64,000 nucleotides of DNA from positions 1 to 64,000 of the forward strand of contig CAVPNL010000002.1 of NCBI GenBank assembly GCA_963706575.1. The letters run 5' to 3'. This DNA comes from an uncultured delta proteobacterium (GTDB lineage: Bacteria > Desulfobacterota > Desulfobacteria > Desulfobacterales > JAHEIW01). Each line of letters begins with the position of its first letter. Within the stretch, counting starts at the first letter, position 1. Below the pieces are notes generated by a model. That model saw only the letters and a list, made by a program, of their open reading frames with translations, was not told where the DNA came from and did no database searches. The position numbers and the translations under genes were made by a program. Positions 10,748-22,118 of this stretch are shown piece by piece.

Positions 10748-11716
10748 ATGGAAAAGATGCTTTTTATTTCCTGGATTTCGCACAATCGGCGCAGTCAACT
10801 GATTGCAGACAAGTTAAATATTGAATTACATCAGATTCAAATTTTCAAACGCAGATATTTTTTGGCACCAATTCGTTATTTGTTACAGTCGATAAAAACA
10901 TTAAAAATTTGTATTCGGGAGAAGCCCAAAGTTGTATTTGTGCAAAACCCACCTATCTTTGCCCCGCTAATCGTGTATTTGTATTCAAAAATATGGAGGT
11001 CAAAATTAATTATTGATTCTCACACCTTTGCATTACTAGCTTGGTGGTGGAAGTGGTCATTGCCGCTACATGCTTACCTTTCTCGCCGCGCGATTACCAC
11101 AATCATCACGAACGACCACCTTAACAAAATGATAAATAGCTGGAAAGCCCCCTCATTTATTCTCGCGGATATTCCTACGAATTTTCCGAGAGGGGAAAAG
11201 TTCACACCGGAAGGCAATTTTAATGTGGCTGTAATAAATACATTTGCAGAAGATGAACCTGTCGAAGAGGTATTAAAAGCTGCAGCTTCACTGCCAGATG
11301 TTCAATTTTATATTACAGGTGATCTTATTAAAGCCAAAAGGAAATATTTATCAAATCGTTCGGACAATGTGATTTTTACCGGGTTTATACCTGATGAAAA
11401 ATATTTCGGCCTCCTTAGGGAAGTTGATGTCATCATGGTATTGACAAACGATGACCACACCATGCAACGTGGTGCCTGCGAGGCTGTTTCGCTTGGAAAG
11501 CCAATCATCACTTCAAATTGGCCATTGTTGCGAACCTATTTTAATAAAGGAACTATTCACGTTGAAAATTCTAGTAAACATATCCGAACGGGTGTTACGA
11601 GCGCGAAGAAAAACTTAGCAGTTCTTGAAAAAGAAGTATTAGAACTGCAGAGAGAACGTTGGATTGAATGGAGAAAGAAACATAAAGCGCTTATGGCCTT
11701 GATTGAAAATGTATAG
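10748..11716 (+). CDS. Glycosyltransferase (GT-B, GT4-like)
   Basis: VFVQNPP, IIDSH, FAEDEP, GACEAVSLGKPIITS; polysaccharide locus context. Confidence 0.75.
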   Translation: MEKMLFISWISHNRRSQLIADKLNIELHQIQIFKRRYFLAPIRYLLQSIKTLKICIREKPKVVFVQNPPIFAPLIVYLYSKIWRSKLIIDSHTFALLAWWWKWSLPLHAYLSRRAITTIITNDHLNKMINSWKAPSFILADIPTNFPRGEKFTPEGNFNVAVINTFAEDEPVEEVLKAAASLPDVQFYITGDLIKAKRKYLSNRSDNVIFTGFIPDEKYFGLLREVDVIMVLTNDDHTMQRGACEAVSLGKPIITSNWPLLRTYFNKGTIHVENSSKHIRTGVTSAKKNLAVLEKEVLELQRERWIEWRKKHKALMALIENV

Positions 11717-11753
11717 ATGAATATCCGATTACCCATTCATTGCGAATGATTTT

Positions 11754-12661
11754 ATGGCGGAACAACCCAGTCATATATTTATTGTCGGCTTAAACAGAAC
11801 GGGCACAAATCTTCTGAGAACAATTCTAAACTGTTCGCCTGATGTGGCAATTTGTGATGAAACTCACTTTTTAAAGCACTGGGTCGGATACCGCGGTTAC
11901 CAACGAGAATTCGCAAATGTCGGTACGACTTTATCTGACGATGGAATCAAAAAAATTGTAGATTACATATACTTGATTCGAGATAATGCTTTTCGGGGTA
12001 TGAATTTTTGGAAATGGATACAAAGAAATATTCCGCGTGAAATTTTTTTTCAAAGATTATCAAACGCCAATAAAAACGAGCATGCAATACTTGATGTTGT
12101 AATGGATCTTTTTGCGAACGGCAAACCTATCAGAGGTGATAAAACTCCGGCTCATATTCACTCGGTATCAACGCTTTTAGAATGGTATCCTCGGGCAAAA
12201 ATAATTCATATGTTAAGAGATCCAAGAGCAATTTTCGTTTCTGAAAAGCGACGCGCAGAAAATGGAGTATACAACCTTGCCTTATCGCGTTTTAAGTCGA
12301 TTTGATTTATTATTAAATTTTTTTCTTAGCATCTTCATTTCTATAACCTGGCTAAGAATAACGCAACTGCATTTTCAATATCAAAAAATGCATCCCAGCC
12401 AATATCGCCTTTGCAGATACGAGGAATTGATAAATCAGTCTGAATTTGTTATGAAAGACATTTGCAATTGGTTGGAAATTGATTTTAATGAAAATTTTTT
12501 GAGGCAAACTTTTCAAAATTCAAGTCTTGTTCTTCGGCATAAAAAAAGGGAATTGACGGGCGGCTATTGATCGTTGGAAACAGTATCTTGACCCTGAGTG
12601 AGTAAATTGATTACCTTACTGACTAAAAAGAAACTTTTACTTTTTGGGTATGATATCATAG
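11754..12661 (+). CDS. Sulfotransferase, frameshifted
   Basis: FIVGLNRTGTNLL (5'-PSB loop), ETHF, GDKTP, MLRDPRA, RYEELI; 3' end approximate. Confidence 0.85.
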
Positions 12662-12680
12662 ATTTTTCAAGGGATCTTGA

Positions 12681-14094
12681 ATGATTTCCATTTCTGAAAC
12701 CAAATTAAAAAAATTTTTGTGGAATACCGCATTTGCATGGAGAGACAAGTCCCTTCCTAAATTTGAAAATCTTAAGGTCTGGCAATGGCTTGAACCGTCT
12801 GAGATTCAAGATTTACAGGAAAAACGTCTGAAGAAAATTTTATCTCATGCTTATCATCACGTCCCGTACTATCGAAAAACACTAAAAAATGCCGGAATCA
12901 TAACAAATGGAGAAAATATCGATTTAAAGGGATTCCGAAAGATACCGTTATTAGACAAAGGTACATTGCGCTCGAAATTTGATTTATTAAAATCGGACGA
13001 TTGTGACGACCGAAACGCATTTATGAGTAAATCTGGTGGTTCAACTGGCCAACCGATTAATTTTATGATTGATAAGCATTATCGTGACTGGCGGACAGCG
13101 GTTAAATTATTGGATGATCTTTGGACCGGATTTTCCAGAGGAGACAAGAAAATATTACTTTGGGGGTCACTAAGAGATTATTTTCGCGATCGCGCCTATA
13201 CCGGCGGGCGCTCCTTAATCCAGGAGTCGTTGCGTGTTAAAATCAGGCGCTGGCTCAGAAACGAGGTATGGCTGAATTCATTTCTTATGTCTCCTGAAAC
13301 GATGCAGGAATACGTTATAAAAATTAATAAATTTCAACCAGTTCAAATTTTGGGATATGTCGAAAGCGTTTATGAGCTGGCACTTTTCATCGAAGAAAAT
13401 AAACTTAACGTTCACTCACCGGTTGCTATTATTACTTCTGCAGGTGTTCTTTATCCGCATATGAGGAAAACAATTGAGAGTGCTTTCAACTCACCGGTTT
13501 TTAATCGTTACGGATCAAGAGAAGTTGGCGATATAGCGTGTGAATGCAGTTATCATAATGGCTTTCATATTTCAGCGCTTACGCATTATGTTGAAATATT
13601 AAAACCGGATGGAACTCCAGCTGAACCCGATGAAATCGGTGAAATCGTTGTAACCGCACTTACCAATTATTCTATGCCGCTTATACGCTACCAAATATCC
13701 GATTTTGCTTCATGGTCAAAAGATCAGATGCCCTGCAAACGTGGATTGCCACTTATCAAAAATATATTAGGAAGAACCTCAGACACTTTTGTTAAAAAAG
13801 ATGGAAGTGTTGTGAGTGGAATTTTCTTTGTGCCCGTCTTGGTTGAACATTCCGAGTGGGTTAAACAATTTCAAATTATACAGGAAGAATACGATTATTT
13901 ACGAATACTGCTCGTGTTAAAAAATGATAGCGACAATCCTTATTCGTATTATGCAAAAGAGCTCGAGTCGATAACGAATAAAATAAAAATGGTTATGGGC
14001 AAAGAATGCAAAATCGATTTATGAATTCGTAGTTAAAATAATTCCAGCAGTGTCGGGTAAAAAATTGTCAACTATTTCCAATGTAAGAAGGTAG
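12681..14094 (+). CDS. Phenylacetate-CoA ligase family / CapK-like adenylate-forming protein
   Basis: AYHHVPYYR, SGGSTGQP, FNRYGSREVG, LTNYSMPLIRY, GRTSD; C-terminal SGK tail in shifted frame ending at TAG 14094. Confidence 0.85.
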
Positions 14095-14157
14095 ATAGTG
14101 ATTATAGAAGCTTATCTACTCGGAATATAAAATCTATAGAGTGTATCTGTTTACATG

Positions 14158-14541
14158 ATGAAAAGTATTGGATTAAATAAAATAAAGATTACAGATTGTT
14201 ATATCTTATATTATTAATTTTTTGGTGTGGAATTATTATTCATATTTCTAGGCATACCTTATCTTTCGATTAACGGTCATGGGTTTCCCATCCGCAAACT
14301 CGGTCATATTGTCGTTTATTTTATATTGACTATTTTACTCTGGAAAAATATTTTCTGGCATAAAGATCATCGTATTGGAAAAGCCATTACTTGTTGTATC
14401 ATCGCCTTGGGATTTTCAATATTTGACGAATTCCATCAGTCGGTGATCCCTGGAAGACATGGTAACATTCAAGGAGTTATCATTGATATGCTGGGGACCC
14501 TACCTTTACTCGTGTGGAGCATTTTGAAAAAAATGCACTGA
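14158..14541 (+). CDS. VanZ family membrane protein
   Basis: RKLGHIVVYFIL and DEFHQSVIPGR..D motifs; start inferred across a frameshift. Confidence 0.75.
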
Positions 14542-14719
14542 TAAAATAATTATATTGATATCATTCATTTAGCTGTCGCCGCATGCCAATAAAAAATCGA
14601 TTAAATTTTTAAAAATCAAGTCTAAAATATATCCCGCCTTTGGAATTTAAATTGAACAAATTACTCTAAATAATATGCGCGTTCCTATTTCGTCTAAGCC
14701 CATTTTTTTTATTAATTAA

Positions 14720-15451
14720 ATGAAAAAAATCATTTTTAATAATGGCTTGTGGATAAATAATTTCAAATCTTATTCAGAAGCTGTAGACTTCGTTGCGAAT
14801 AGAATCCTTGATGCCAAATCTTATATTTTTAATTTTCTTTATTTTTCCTGTTTTGTAATTCAAGAAAAAAATTTTCAATATCGTAATGCGATCAACAAAT
14901 CCGATTTTCTATTTTTAGACGGTATCGGAATGCATTTATACACCCGCACTGTCTATAAAATTAAAGATATCATTAACCTTAATGGAACAGATCTTATTCC
15001 AAAAGTACTAGAACAGCTTAACAACGAGACCTCGCAAACAGCAATTGCACTTTATGGTGCTAAAAACAGGGTTATTGAGAAAACGCATAATATTTTTAAA
15101 AATAAATATAAAAATTTAAATTTTTATTATTTTTCGAACGGCTATGTACGTCCTGACCTTGATGAACTGAAAGAAAAAAGCACTTTATTAGTTGGTTTGG
15201 GCACCCCCAAGCAGGAGATATTCGTGCAGAAAAATTATGACTTATTTAAAATGAAAGATATAACTACAATATCTGTGGGTGGTTTATTCGATTTTGTTAG
15301 CGGTAATGCAAAAAGAGCGCCCAAGTGGGTTAGAAATGTAAATTTGGAATGGGCTTACAGGATGTTTAAGAACCCCCAAAAGCATTTAAATAAGAATATT
15401 CGTAATTTAGCAATTATAAAATTTATACTCCGTGATTTACTTTTCAAATAA
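14720..15451 (+). CDS. WecB/TagA/CpsF family glycosyltransferase
   Basis: DGIG, NGTDL, VGLGTPKQE, VGGLFDFVSG..KRAP, LEWAYR. Confidence 0.9.
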   Translation: MKKIIFNNGLWINNFKSYSEAVDFVANRILDAKSYIFNFLYFSCFVIQEKNFQYRNAINKSDFLFLDGIGMHLYTRTVYKIKDIINLNGTDLIPKVLEQLNNETSQTAIALYGAKNRVIEKTHNIFKNKYKNLNFYYFSNGYVRPDLDELKEKSTLLVGLGTPKQEIFVQKNYDLFKMKDITTISVGGLFDFVSGNAKRAPKWVRNVNLEWAYRMFKNPQKHLNKNIRNLAIIKFILRDLLFK

Positions 15452-15494
15452 ATTTGAATTTTAAAGTGATCTGCCAATATTGATCTTTGAGAGG

Positions 15495-16424
15495 ATGATG
15501 GTAGAAATAAGAAAAGCTGAATTCGTATCTATTGTCGGTTCAAGTAGAAGTGGTACCACTTTAATGCGGAGGATTTTAAATAAATCCAGCCAAATTGCTA
15601 TAAGTTATGAAAACCATTACCTTGGACATATCATAAAATCAGAGGGCGCCATCTTTAAATTCCGTAAATTTGGTGATTTATCAAAGGATCAAAATGTTAT
15701 TAATCTGACGAACTATATATATTCTGGCGAATTTGAAAAGGAGTCCAAGTATCGCGGTATAAGTCCACATTGGAAGTGGATTATTCAAAACATTGATCAA
15801 AATCTTTTTTTAGGCAAGATTCTCAATTCTGATAGAAGCGAACGCGCCCTGTTTGTCCTTAGCATGCAGGTTTATGCGGACTATTATGGTAAAACGATTA
15901 TCGGAGAAAAAACACCAATTCACATTCGTCATGTGAAACAACTTTTTCGCTGGTTTCCTAATGGGAGAATTATTCATCTTTTACGAGATCCACGAGCTGT
16001 ATATGTCTCTGAGTTGAGGCGGAGGAAAAATAAGCCAATTTCTACACCTTATAAACAATTGAGGCATTCAGCATTACTTTTGAAAATCTTTATAATAATG
16101 CAGACCACTGTTCTTTGGCATGAAAGTTATCGAAAGTCGATTATCAACCTAAAACAATATCGAAAAAAGTATTTAATATTAAAATTTGAGGAATTGGTTA
16201 GTAAACCTGAGATATCAATAAAGAAAGTTTGCAATTTTATAGGGATTCAATTTGAAAAAAATATGATGGACCAAAAGGTGATAAGCAAAGGTTTCCAGGA
16301 TGGTCAACCGGGATTCGACCGATATGCTTCAAAAAGGTGGGAGAATCACATCACAGTGCCAGAAAACAAATGGTTTCTATTGCTCTTTTATCGGCACTTA
16401 AAAGAATTAGGCTATTTGAACTAA
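15495..16424 (+). CDS. Sulfotransferase
   Basis: IVGSSRSGTTLM, GEKTP, LLRDPRA, KFEELV. Confidence 0.9.
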   Translation: MMVEIRKAEFVSIVGSSRSGTTLMRRILNKSSQIAISYENHYLGHIIKSEGAIFKFRKFGDLSKDQNVINLTNYIYSGEFEKESKYRGISPHWKWIIQNIDQNLFLGKILNSDRSERALFVLSMQVYADYYGKTIIGEKTPIHIRHVKQLFRWFPNGRIIHLLRDPRAVYVSELRRRKNKPISTPYKQLRHSALLLKIFIIMQTTVLWHESYRKSIINLKQYRKKYLILKFEELVSKPEISIKKVCNFIGIQFEKNMMDQKVISKGFQDGQPGFDRYASKRWENHITVPENKWFLLLFYRHLKELGYLN

Positions 16425-16466
16425 AATACATCGATAACTAATAAAACAAATTAGAGGCTCGGTATC

Positions 16467-17780
16467 ATGAAAGTGAGCATTTTTGGTCTTGGATATGTTG
16501 GCGCGGTGTCGGCCGGCTGTTTAGCCGAAGCTGGCCATAGTATCATTGGGATTGATCGAGATAAGTTTAAGGTGGATTATATCAATCAGGGTAAAGCGCC
16601 TATTATTGAAGATGGTTTGGAGGATTTAATTGAAAAGAATGTAAAGACTGGCAGGCTGAAAGCTACCATTGATTCAAAAAGAGCTATTCTGGAAACTGAG
16701 ATTTCTTTTGTTTGTGTTGGGACACCGTCACAATCTAACGGAAATATTAATCTTAACTATATAGAGCGCGTTTCCAAAGACATTGGAGAGGCGCTGGCGT
16801 CAAAAGATGACTATCATCTGGTTGTTGCTCGATCTACAATGCTACCAGGTACTATTCACAGGACAATCATCCCATTGCTGGAAAAATATTCTGGGAAAAA
16901 AGTAGGGAAAAATTTCGGTGTTGTGTGCAACCCTGAATTTCTTCGGGAAGCTTCTGCAGTTTCTGATTTTTTTAATCCGCCAAAGACGGTTATAGGAGCA
17001 ACCAATAAAGCAGACGGGGAAAAAGTCGCAAAACTATACAGCGGAATTAAGGCGTCACTATTTCATACAACCGTCAAGATTGCCGAGATGATAAAATATG
17101 TCGATAATTCTTTTCATGCTTTGAAAATTACTTTTGCCAATGAAATGGGCTTAATTTGTAAAAATCTGGATATTGATTCCCATGAAGTTATGGAAATTTT
17201 TTGCAAAGATACAAAACTTAACCTTTCACCACTTTATTTGAAGCCCGGATTTGCTTTTGGAGGATCGTGTCTTCCAAAAGATCTTAGATCTATTACATAT
17301 TTCGGTAAGCACCAAGACTTAATACTTCCTCTCCTGAATTCAATAATTCCGAGCAACGAATCTCACATTCAATATACTTTGGATTTAATAAGGAGCAAAG
17401 AAAAAAGAAAAATTGGATTTCTTGGTTTTGCCTTTAAAGCAGGAACCGACGATCTGCGAGACTCTCCGGTTGTAGCTTTAATCGAAACATTGCTCGGCCA
17501 AGGATATGAAATACGAATTTACGATAAAAATGTGTCACTTGCTCTGCTAAGAGGTGCAAACAAAAAATTTATTGAAACAAAAATTCCTCATATTGCCTCT
17601 CTTATCACAGAAAATATTGAAACCTTGTTGAGGTTTGCAGATATAATCGTAATCGGCAATTCGAGTGATGAGTTTGAAAATATTATAAATAGAGTAAGGA
17701 GAGATCAAGTTATTATCGATTTGGTCAGGATTTCAGAAGAGCGCAATATAAAAGGAACTTATGAGGGTTTATGTTGGTAA
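16467..17780 (+). CDS. Nucleotide-sugar 6-dehydrogenase, GDP-mannose dehydrogenase (AlgD)-like
   Basis: MKVSIFGLGYVGAVSAGCLA, CVGTP, NPEFLRE, PGFAFGGSCLPKD, FKAGTDDLR, C-terminal EGLCW. Confidence 0.9.
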   Translation: MKVSIFGLGYVGAVSAGCLAEAGHSIIGIDRDKFKVDYINQGKAPIIEDGLEDLIEKNVKTGRLKATIDSKRAILETEISFVCVGTPSQSNGNINLNYIERVSKDIGEALASKDDYHLVVARSTMLPGTIHRTIIPLLEKYSGKKVGKNFGVVCNPEFLREASAVSDFFNPPKTVIGATNKADGEKVAKLYSGIKASLFHTTVKIAEMIKYVDNSFHALKITFANEMGLICKNLDIDSHEVMEIFCKDTKLNLSPLYLKPGFAFGGSCLPKDLRSITYFGKHQDLILPLLNSIIPSNESHIQYTLDLIRSKEKRKIGFLGFAFKAGTDDLRDSPVVALIETLLGQGYEIRIYDKNVSLALLRGANKKFIETKIPHIASLITENIETLLRFADIIVIGNSSDEFENIINRVRRDQVIIDLVRISEERNIKGTYEGLCW

Positions 17781-17878
17781 ATATAGTTAAAATCGCTTAA
17801 ACACAATCGTATCCATTAATAAATAATATTTACAACTGCCAAATTGAAACCAAAAATAATCGCCATAGACTAAAATAA

Positions 17879-19519
17879 ATGAAAATTTTAACCGCCATTC
17901 TTCTTTCTATGTTTGGAACAATCGTTTTGATTCCAACTTTAAAAGAACTTGCTCTTAAGTTTAATATTTTAGACATCCCCAATCAAAGAAAGATTCATGA
18001 ATATCCAATCCCAAGAATCGGCGGTATTGCTATGGCAGCAGGTGCATTTATTCCAGTATTACTGTGGGTGCCTATGAGGCCATACCTTGTTTCTATTATT
18101 ATTGGTTCAGCCATTGTCGTATTTGCTGGAATGCTTGATGATATAATTAAGCTCGAATTTAAAGCGAAATTTGCTGCTCAAATCATAGCCGCATTGGTTG
18201 TAATTTCATATGGAAATATAAGAATTATTGATTTAGGTCTTTTTCTTCCTGATGGATATATATTACCCTCCTGGGCTTCCATACCGTTAACCGCTTTCTT
18301 TATCGTCGGTGTAACAAATGCCATTAATTTATCTGATGGTCTTGACGGGCTAGCCGGGGGAATTAGTCTGCTAAGCTTAATTTGTATTGGCTATCTGGCT
18401 TACATATTGAAAATTCATCCATTTATTCTAATTTCGGCTGCCTTAATCGGATCTATTTTTGGTTTTCTTAGATACAATACTTACCCCGCTACTATATTTA
18501 TGGGAGATGCCGGTAGTCAGCTTCTGGGATTCGTTGCTGTTTGCATGTCTCTAGCACTGACACAAAAAAGCACCCAATTAAGCCCGTTTTTGATTTTTCT
18601 TATAATAGGCATTCCTTTAATAGATACATTTGGCGTTGTTGTTCAACGAATTATGAGTGGCAAATCACCTTTTGTTGCCGATAAAAATCATCTTCACCAC
18701 AAGCTTATTAATCTAGGCTTTTACCATTCTGAGTCGGTAATTTTGGTCTATATAATTCATGCCATTTTTATTTGCCTCGCATTTATTTTAAGATTTTATC
18801 CTGACTGGTTTATACTAACCATATATTTGACTTTATCTTCAATAATATTTACTGGCACGCTGGTGGCTGTAAAGCGAGGATGGAGATTTAAACGCTCATT
18901 TTTTTTTGAAAACATTATTAAAGGAAGGCTAAAATACCTTAAAGAAAAAAATTATATTATAAAATTTTCATTCAAAATTGTTGAAATAGGATTTTATTTA
19001 CTACTACTTTTCTCATGTTTTCTTCCTGAAAATATTCCTGCCAATCTATCATTAATCGTGTGGGCTTATTTGGCATTTGTCATTGCTATAATGATGCATA
19101 AATGGGAATGGACAAATAATGTACTGGCAATAGGATTTTATCTTTTTATTCCATTTTTGATGTATTTGAGCCATATCGATATGGCTTCATGGATGAATAA
19201 ATTTATTCTAATTCCATATAATTTATCCTTTGGGATTCTAACATTTTTTGTCGTATTAACGTTAAAGTATACAAGAAGGAGAAAAGGATTTAAATTCAGT
19301 TCGATGGATATATTGATTTTATTTGTGGCTTTAGTTGTTCCTAATTTACCAGATGAAAATATAAAAAGATACCACATGGGTCTCGTGGCTGCAAAAATTA
19401 TCGTTTTTTTCTTCACACACGAAGTATTAGCAGGTGAGCTTAGAATTAATATAAAATGGTTTAGATTTACGATTATTTTAGCATTTTTAGTTATTGGTTT
19501 AAGAGGATTGATCGGTTAA
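17879..19519 (+). CDS. WecA/MraY-family initiating phosphoglycosyltransferase with C-terminal membrane extension
   Basis: RKIH..PIPRIGG, GMLDD, NAINLSDGLDGLA, IFMGDAGS, ADKNHLHH. Confidence 0.9.
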   Translation: MKILTAILLSMFGTIVLIPTLKELALKFNILDIPNQRKIHEYPIPRIGGIAMAAGAFIPVLLWVPMRPYLVSIIIGSAIVVFAGMLDDIIKLEFKAKFAAQIIAALVVISYGNIRIIDLGLFLPDGYILPSWASIPLTAFFIVGVTNAINLSDGLDGLAGGISLLSLICIGYLAYILKIHPFILISAALIGSIFGFLRYNTYPATIFMGDAGSQLLGFVAVCMSLALTQKSTQLSPFLIFLIIGIPLIDTFGVVVQRIMSGKSPFVADKNHLHHKLINLGFYHSESVILVYIIHAIFICLAFILRFYPDWFILTIYLTLSSIIFTGTLVAVKRGWRFKRSFFFENIIKGRLKYLKEKNYIIKFSFKIVEIGFYLLLLFSCFLPENIPANLSLIVWAYLAFVIAIMMHKWEWTNNVLAIGFYLFIPFLMYLSHIDMASWMNKFILIPYNLSFGILTFFVVLTLKYTRRRKGFKFSSMDILILFVALVVPNLPDENIKRYHMGLVAAKIIVFFFTHEVLAGELRINIKWFRFTIILAFLVIGLRGLIG

Positions 19520-19726
19520 CCCCTAAGGCAAAATGAGTGTGAAATAAATTACATATTTTTATGAAATGTTTTACCACTTATTTCCTGTCCTAGCGTCAGA
19601 GCCAGGGCAATCGTAATTTTTTGACCAACTAGAAATGGTATGTAAGCAGCTGTAATTAATTTAATTATAGTCTTTAGACGATTTTTAATACCCCGCAAAA
19701 GCCTTCAAATTAATTTGATTACAATA

Positions 19727-19742
19727 CGGCATGCAATTTGCA
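19727..19742 (+). promoter_or_regulatory. Putative sigma54 (-24/-12) promoter for the export operon
   Basis: CGGCATGCAATTTGCA fits GG-N10-GC (consensus TGGCACG-N4-TTGC), in a long AT-rich spacer upstream of wza. Confidence 0.6.
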
Positions 19743-20177
19743 TTTTCTGTTTATCCAGTCCTTACTATTTCTAAAATCCTGGATACAGGTATTTGTGTTT
19801 TCACGGACCTGAATTTATAAAAGTCAACCTTTTCAGTAACGTGTATTAAAAAAGGAGCCCAGCCAATTATTTCTTGCCAAATTCAGGGGGGCATTGTTCG
19901 GGTCGATTTCGGGTTGGAGTCCACTATATTCACTGTCACGGGACTTGGTCAATTTTTTCTTTAAATGCGGCCGCTATTTTTGGTCTTTCCAAATCTAGGC
20001 ATGAGAAGAAATGTTTGCATTTTATCTGTAATGCTAAAGCTGATTTCTCAATAGTTAAACGATGAGAAAGTTTTTCTGTGTGCAGGAATAATTCGATTTT
20101 GTTTTCACGTTGAACCCGAAATCAACCATCTCTGAATAGTTCTATAGCCAGCTTTTCGATTCGACAAGGAGGTTCGG

Positions 20178-20735
20178 ATGAAGAATTTTATCCCCAGCAT
20201 TTTTTTGTGTGTTTTATTAATTGTGCTAAACACGGGTGCCATTGCAGCAGATAAGCCATATCATATCGGTCCTGGAGATATACTTGAAATCTCCGTCTGG
20301 AAAGACCCAAACCTGAGCCGACAATTAGTGATTCCCCCTGATGGAATTATCTCATTTCCCCTCATTGAAGCTATTGATGTTACGAATCTAACAATCGCGG
20401 AACTGAAAAAAATCGTGACTCATAAATTATCGGAGTTTGTGCCTGATGCGACAGTTACGGTTATGCTAATAGAAATCAAGAGTTTAAAGGCATACGTGAT
20501 CGGAAAAGTAGAGAGACCCGGTGAGTTTCCAATAAATATGAATACCAATGTGATGCAAATTCTTGCAATGGCCGGCGGGCTGAATGCATTTGCAACCAGG
20601 AGCGGCATCAAAATTCTCAGATACGATAACAATAAAACTATCAAAATACCGTTCGATTACGGAGACGTTGAAAAAGGAAAGAATCTTGAACAAAATATCG
20701 TCCTCATGGCCGGTGATGTGGTTGTGGTTCCTTAA
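20178..20735 (+). CDS. Polysaccharide export protein (Wza/OPX, short periplasmic type)
   Basis: Signal peptide, YHIGPGDILEISVW, PPDGIISFPL, AMAGGL, GDVVVVP; AAGGAGG RBS. Confidence 0.9.
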   Translation: MKNFIPSIFLCVLLIVLNTGAIAADKPYHIGPGDILEISVWKDPNLSRQLVIPPDGIISFPLIEAIDVTNLTIAELKKIVTHKLSEFVPDATVTVMLIEIKSLKAYVIGKVERPGEFPINMNTNVMQILAMAGGLNAFATRSGIKILRYDNNKTIKIPFDYGDVEKGKNLEQNIVLMAGDVVVVP

Positions 20736-20915
20736 ATTGCGAAACGATCCAATCGATAGACTTTGATTAGGCTCAACCTTTTTGCAGAGTGAAAGTATTT
20801 TAGCTTAAGTTCCAGATTTACGTTCGTTGAGCAGCCAAGTACACAAAGACGTTTGTCGAAACGAACAATGCAACTTTTTTCTAAAAATACAGATCGACTT
20901 TATCGGTGCATATCT

Positions 20916-22082
20916 ATGAAAAAGCTATCATTTGTCTTTGGGTTTCTTCTTCCGACGTTTATATTGATATTGAATCCACCGCAATCCACGGCAAAAGAGA
21001 TTACCGTCGTACCCTCTCTAGAAACGAAACTAGTATATGACGACAACTTGGATTTTGATGATAAAGATGAAGTTGATGATTTCGGCGCCAATGCGACTCC
21101 TGGATTAACGCTGAATTATAACACGGAATTGGGAGAAACATCACTTTATGGCGAAGTCGATATAATTAAGTACTTCCAAGAGACCGATTATGACCGAACG
21201 AATCAGCTTTATGGATTCGACGGTCGATACCGTCTGTTTCCCAGATGGACATTTACCGGCGAATTGCAATATCACAAGGATGAAACGATTGACTCACAGC
21301 TTGAAGATACCGGGCGAGTAACACAACGAAGCAGGCAGACAACCTATGATGGTGGTGGCGGTGTGAATTACCTCTTAACCGAGTTAACAGATATCGGCTT
21401 TACCTTCGAATACCGCAAAAGAGATTATGGTTCTGATGATGACACAGATTATGATCGCTCCATATACTCCCTTCCATTTACTAAGCGATTTGGCAATGAG
21501 CGTGATACCTTAACGCTTGAACCTGCCTACATGATTTTTGATTCTGACGGTGAAGAAGATGTAAAAGATTATCGGTTTGTCGTAGGGTGGGGTCGCCAGA
21601 TCAGTGAAACCTTAAGCTCCCAGTTAGGTGCGGGCCTAAGATATACAGACATCGAAGAGCAAGACGGTTCAAATGATGATACCTGGGGTTATCTGGGGAG
21701 ATTTAGTTTACGGAAAACAGGCGAAACATTTTCTGGCGATATTTCTGCAATTCGGGATATACGGGCTAACACAGACGCTGAAATAGTCGAGGTAAACAGG
21801 CTCATATTAAAAGCCGATAAACGATTTCAGGAACGGTATGGAATTAAATTCTATGGAGCCGGATATTATTCAAACACCGAATCTAACCAGATAAACAACG
21901 ATCGTGCCACCTTTTTTGAATTAAGACCGTCGATTTATTATATGCTTACCGAAAATCATTCTATCGATTTAGGATATTCGTATCAAAGAAAAACTGAATT
22001 AGACGAACAGGACAATCCCGTCACACAGCGAAACCGTGTGTGGTTAGGCCTAACGCTAAGATTTCCGAAAAAATTTCATTAA
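20916..22082 (+). CDS. Outer-membrane beta-barrel protein of the EPS export system
   Basis: Signal peptide MKKLSF, YDDN motif, alternating aromatic strands; lies between wza and wzc. Confidence 0.7.
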   Translation: MKKLSFVFGFLLPTFILILNPPQSTAKEITVVPSLETKLVYDDNLDFDDKDEVDDFGANATPGLTLNYNTELGETSLYGEVDIIKYFQETDYDRTNQLYGFDGRYRLFPRWTFTGELQYHKDETIDSQLEDTGRVTQRSRQTTYDGGGGVNYLLTELTDIGFTFEYRKRDYGSDDDTDYDRSIYSLPFTKRFGNERDTLTLEPAYMIFDSDGEEDVKDYRFVVGWGRQISETLSSQLGAGLRYTDIEEQDGSNDDTWGYLGRFSLRKTGETFSGDISAIRDIRANTDAEIVEVNRLILKADKRFQERYGIKFYGAGYYSNTESNQINNDRATFFELRPSIYYMLTENHSIDLGYSYQRKTELDEQDNPVTQRNRVWLGLTLRFPKKFH

Positions 22083-22118
22083 AAAAAATTAATAGCAAGA
22101 ATTCCAAAGGAGATATCA

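Noticed and set aside
19520..19720. c-di-GMP riboswitch upstream of the EPS export genes
   Set aside because: GGCAAA and GCAAAAGCC fragments are present but I could not build the P1/P2 pairing; an Infernal scan would settle it.
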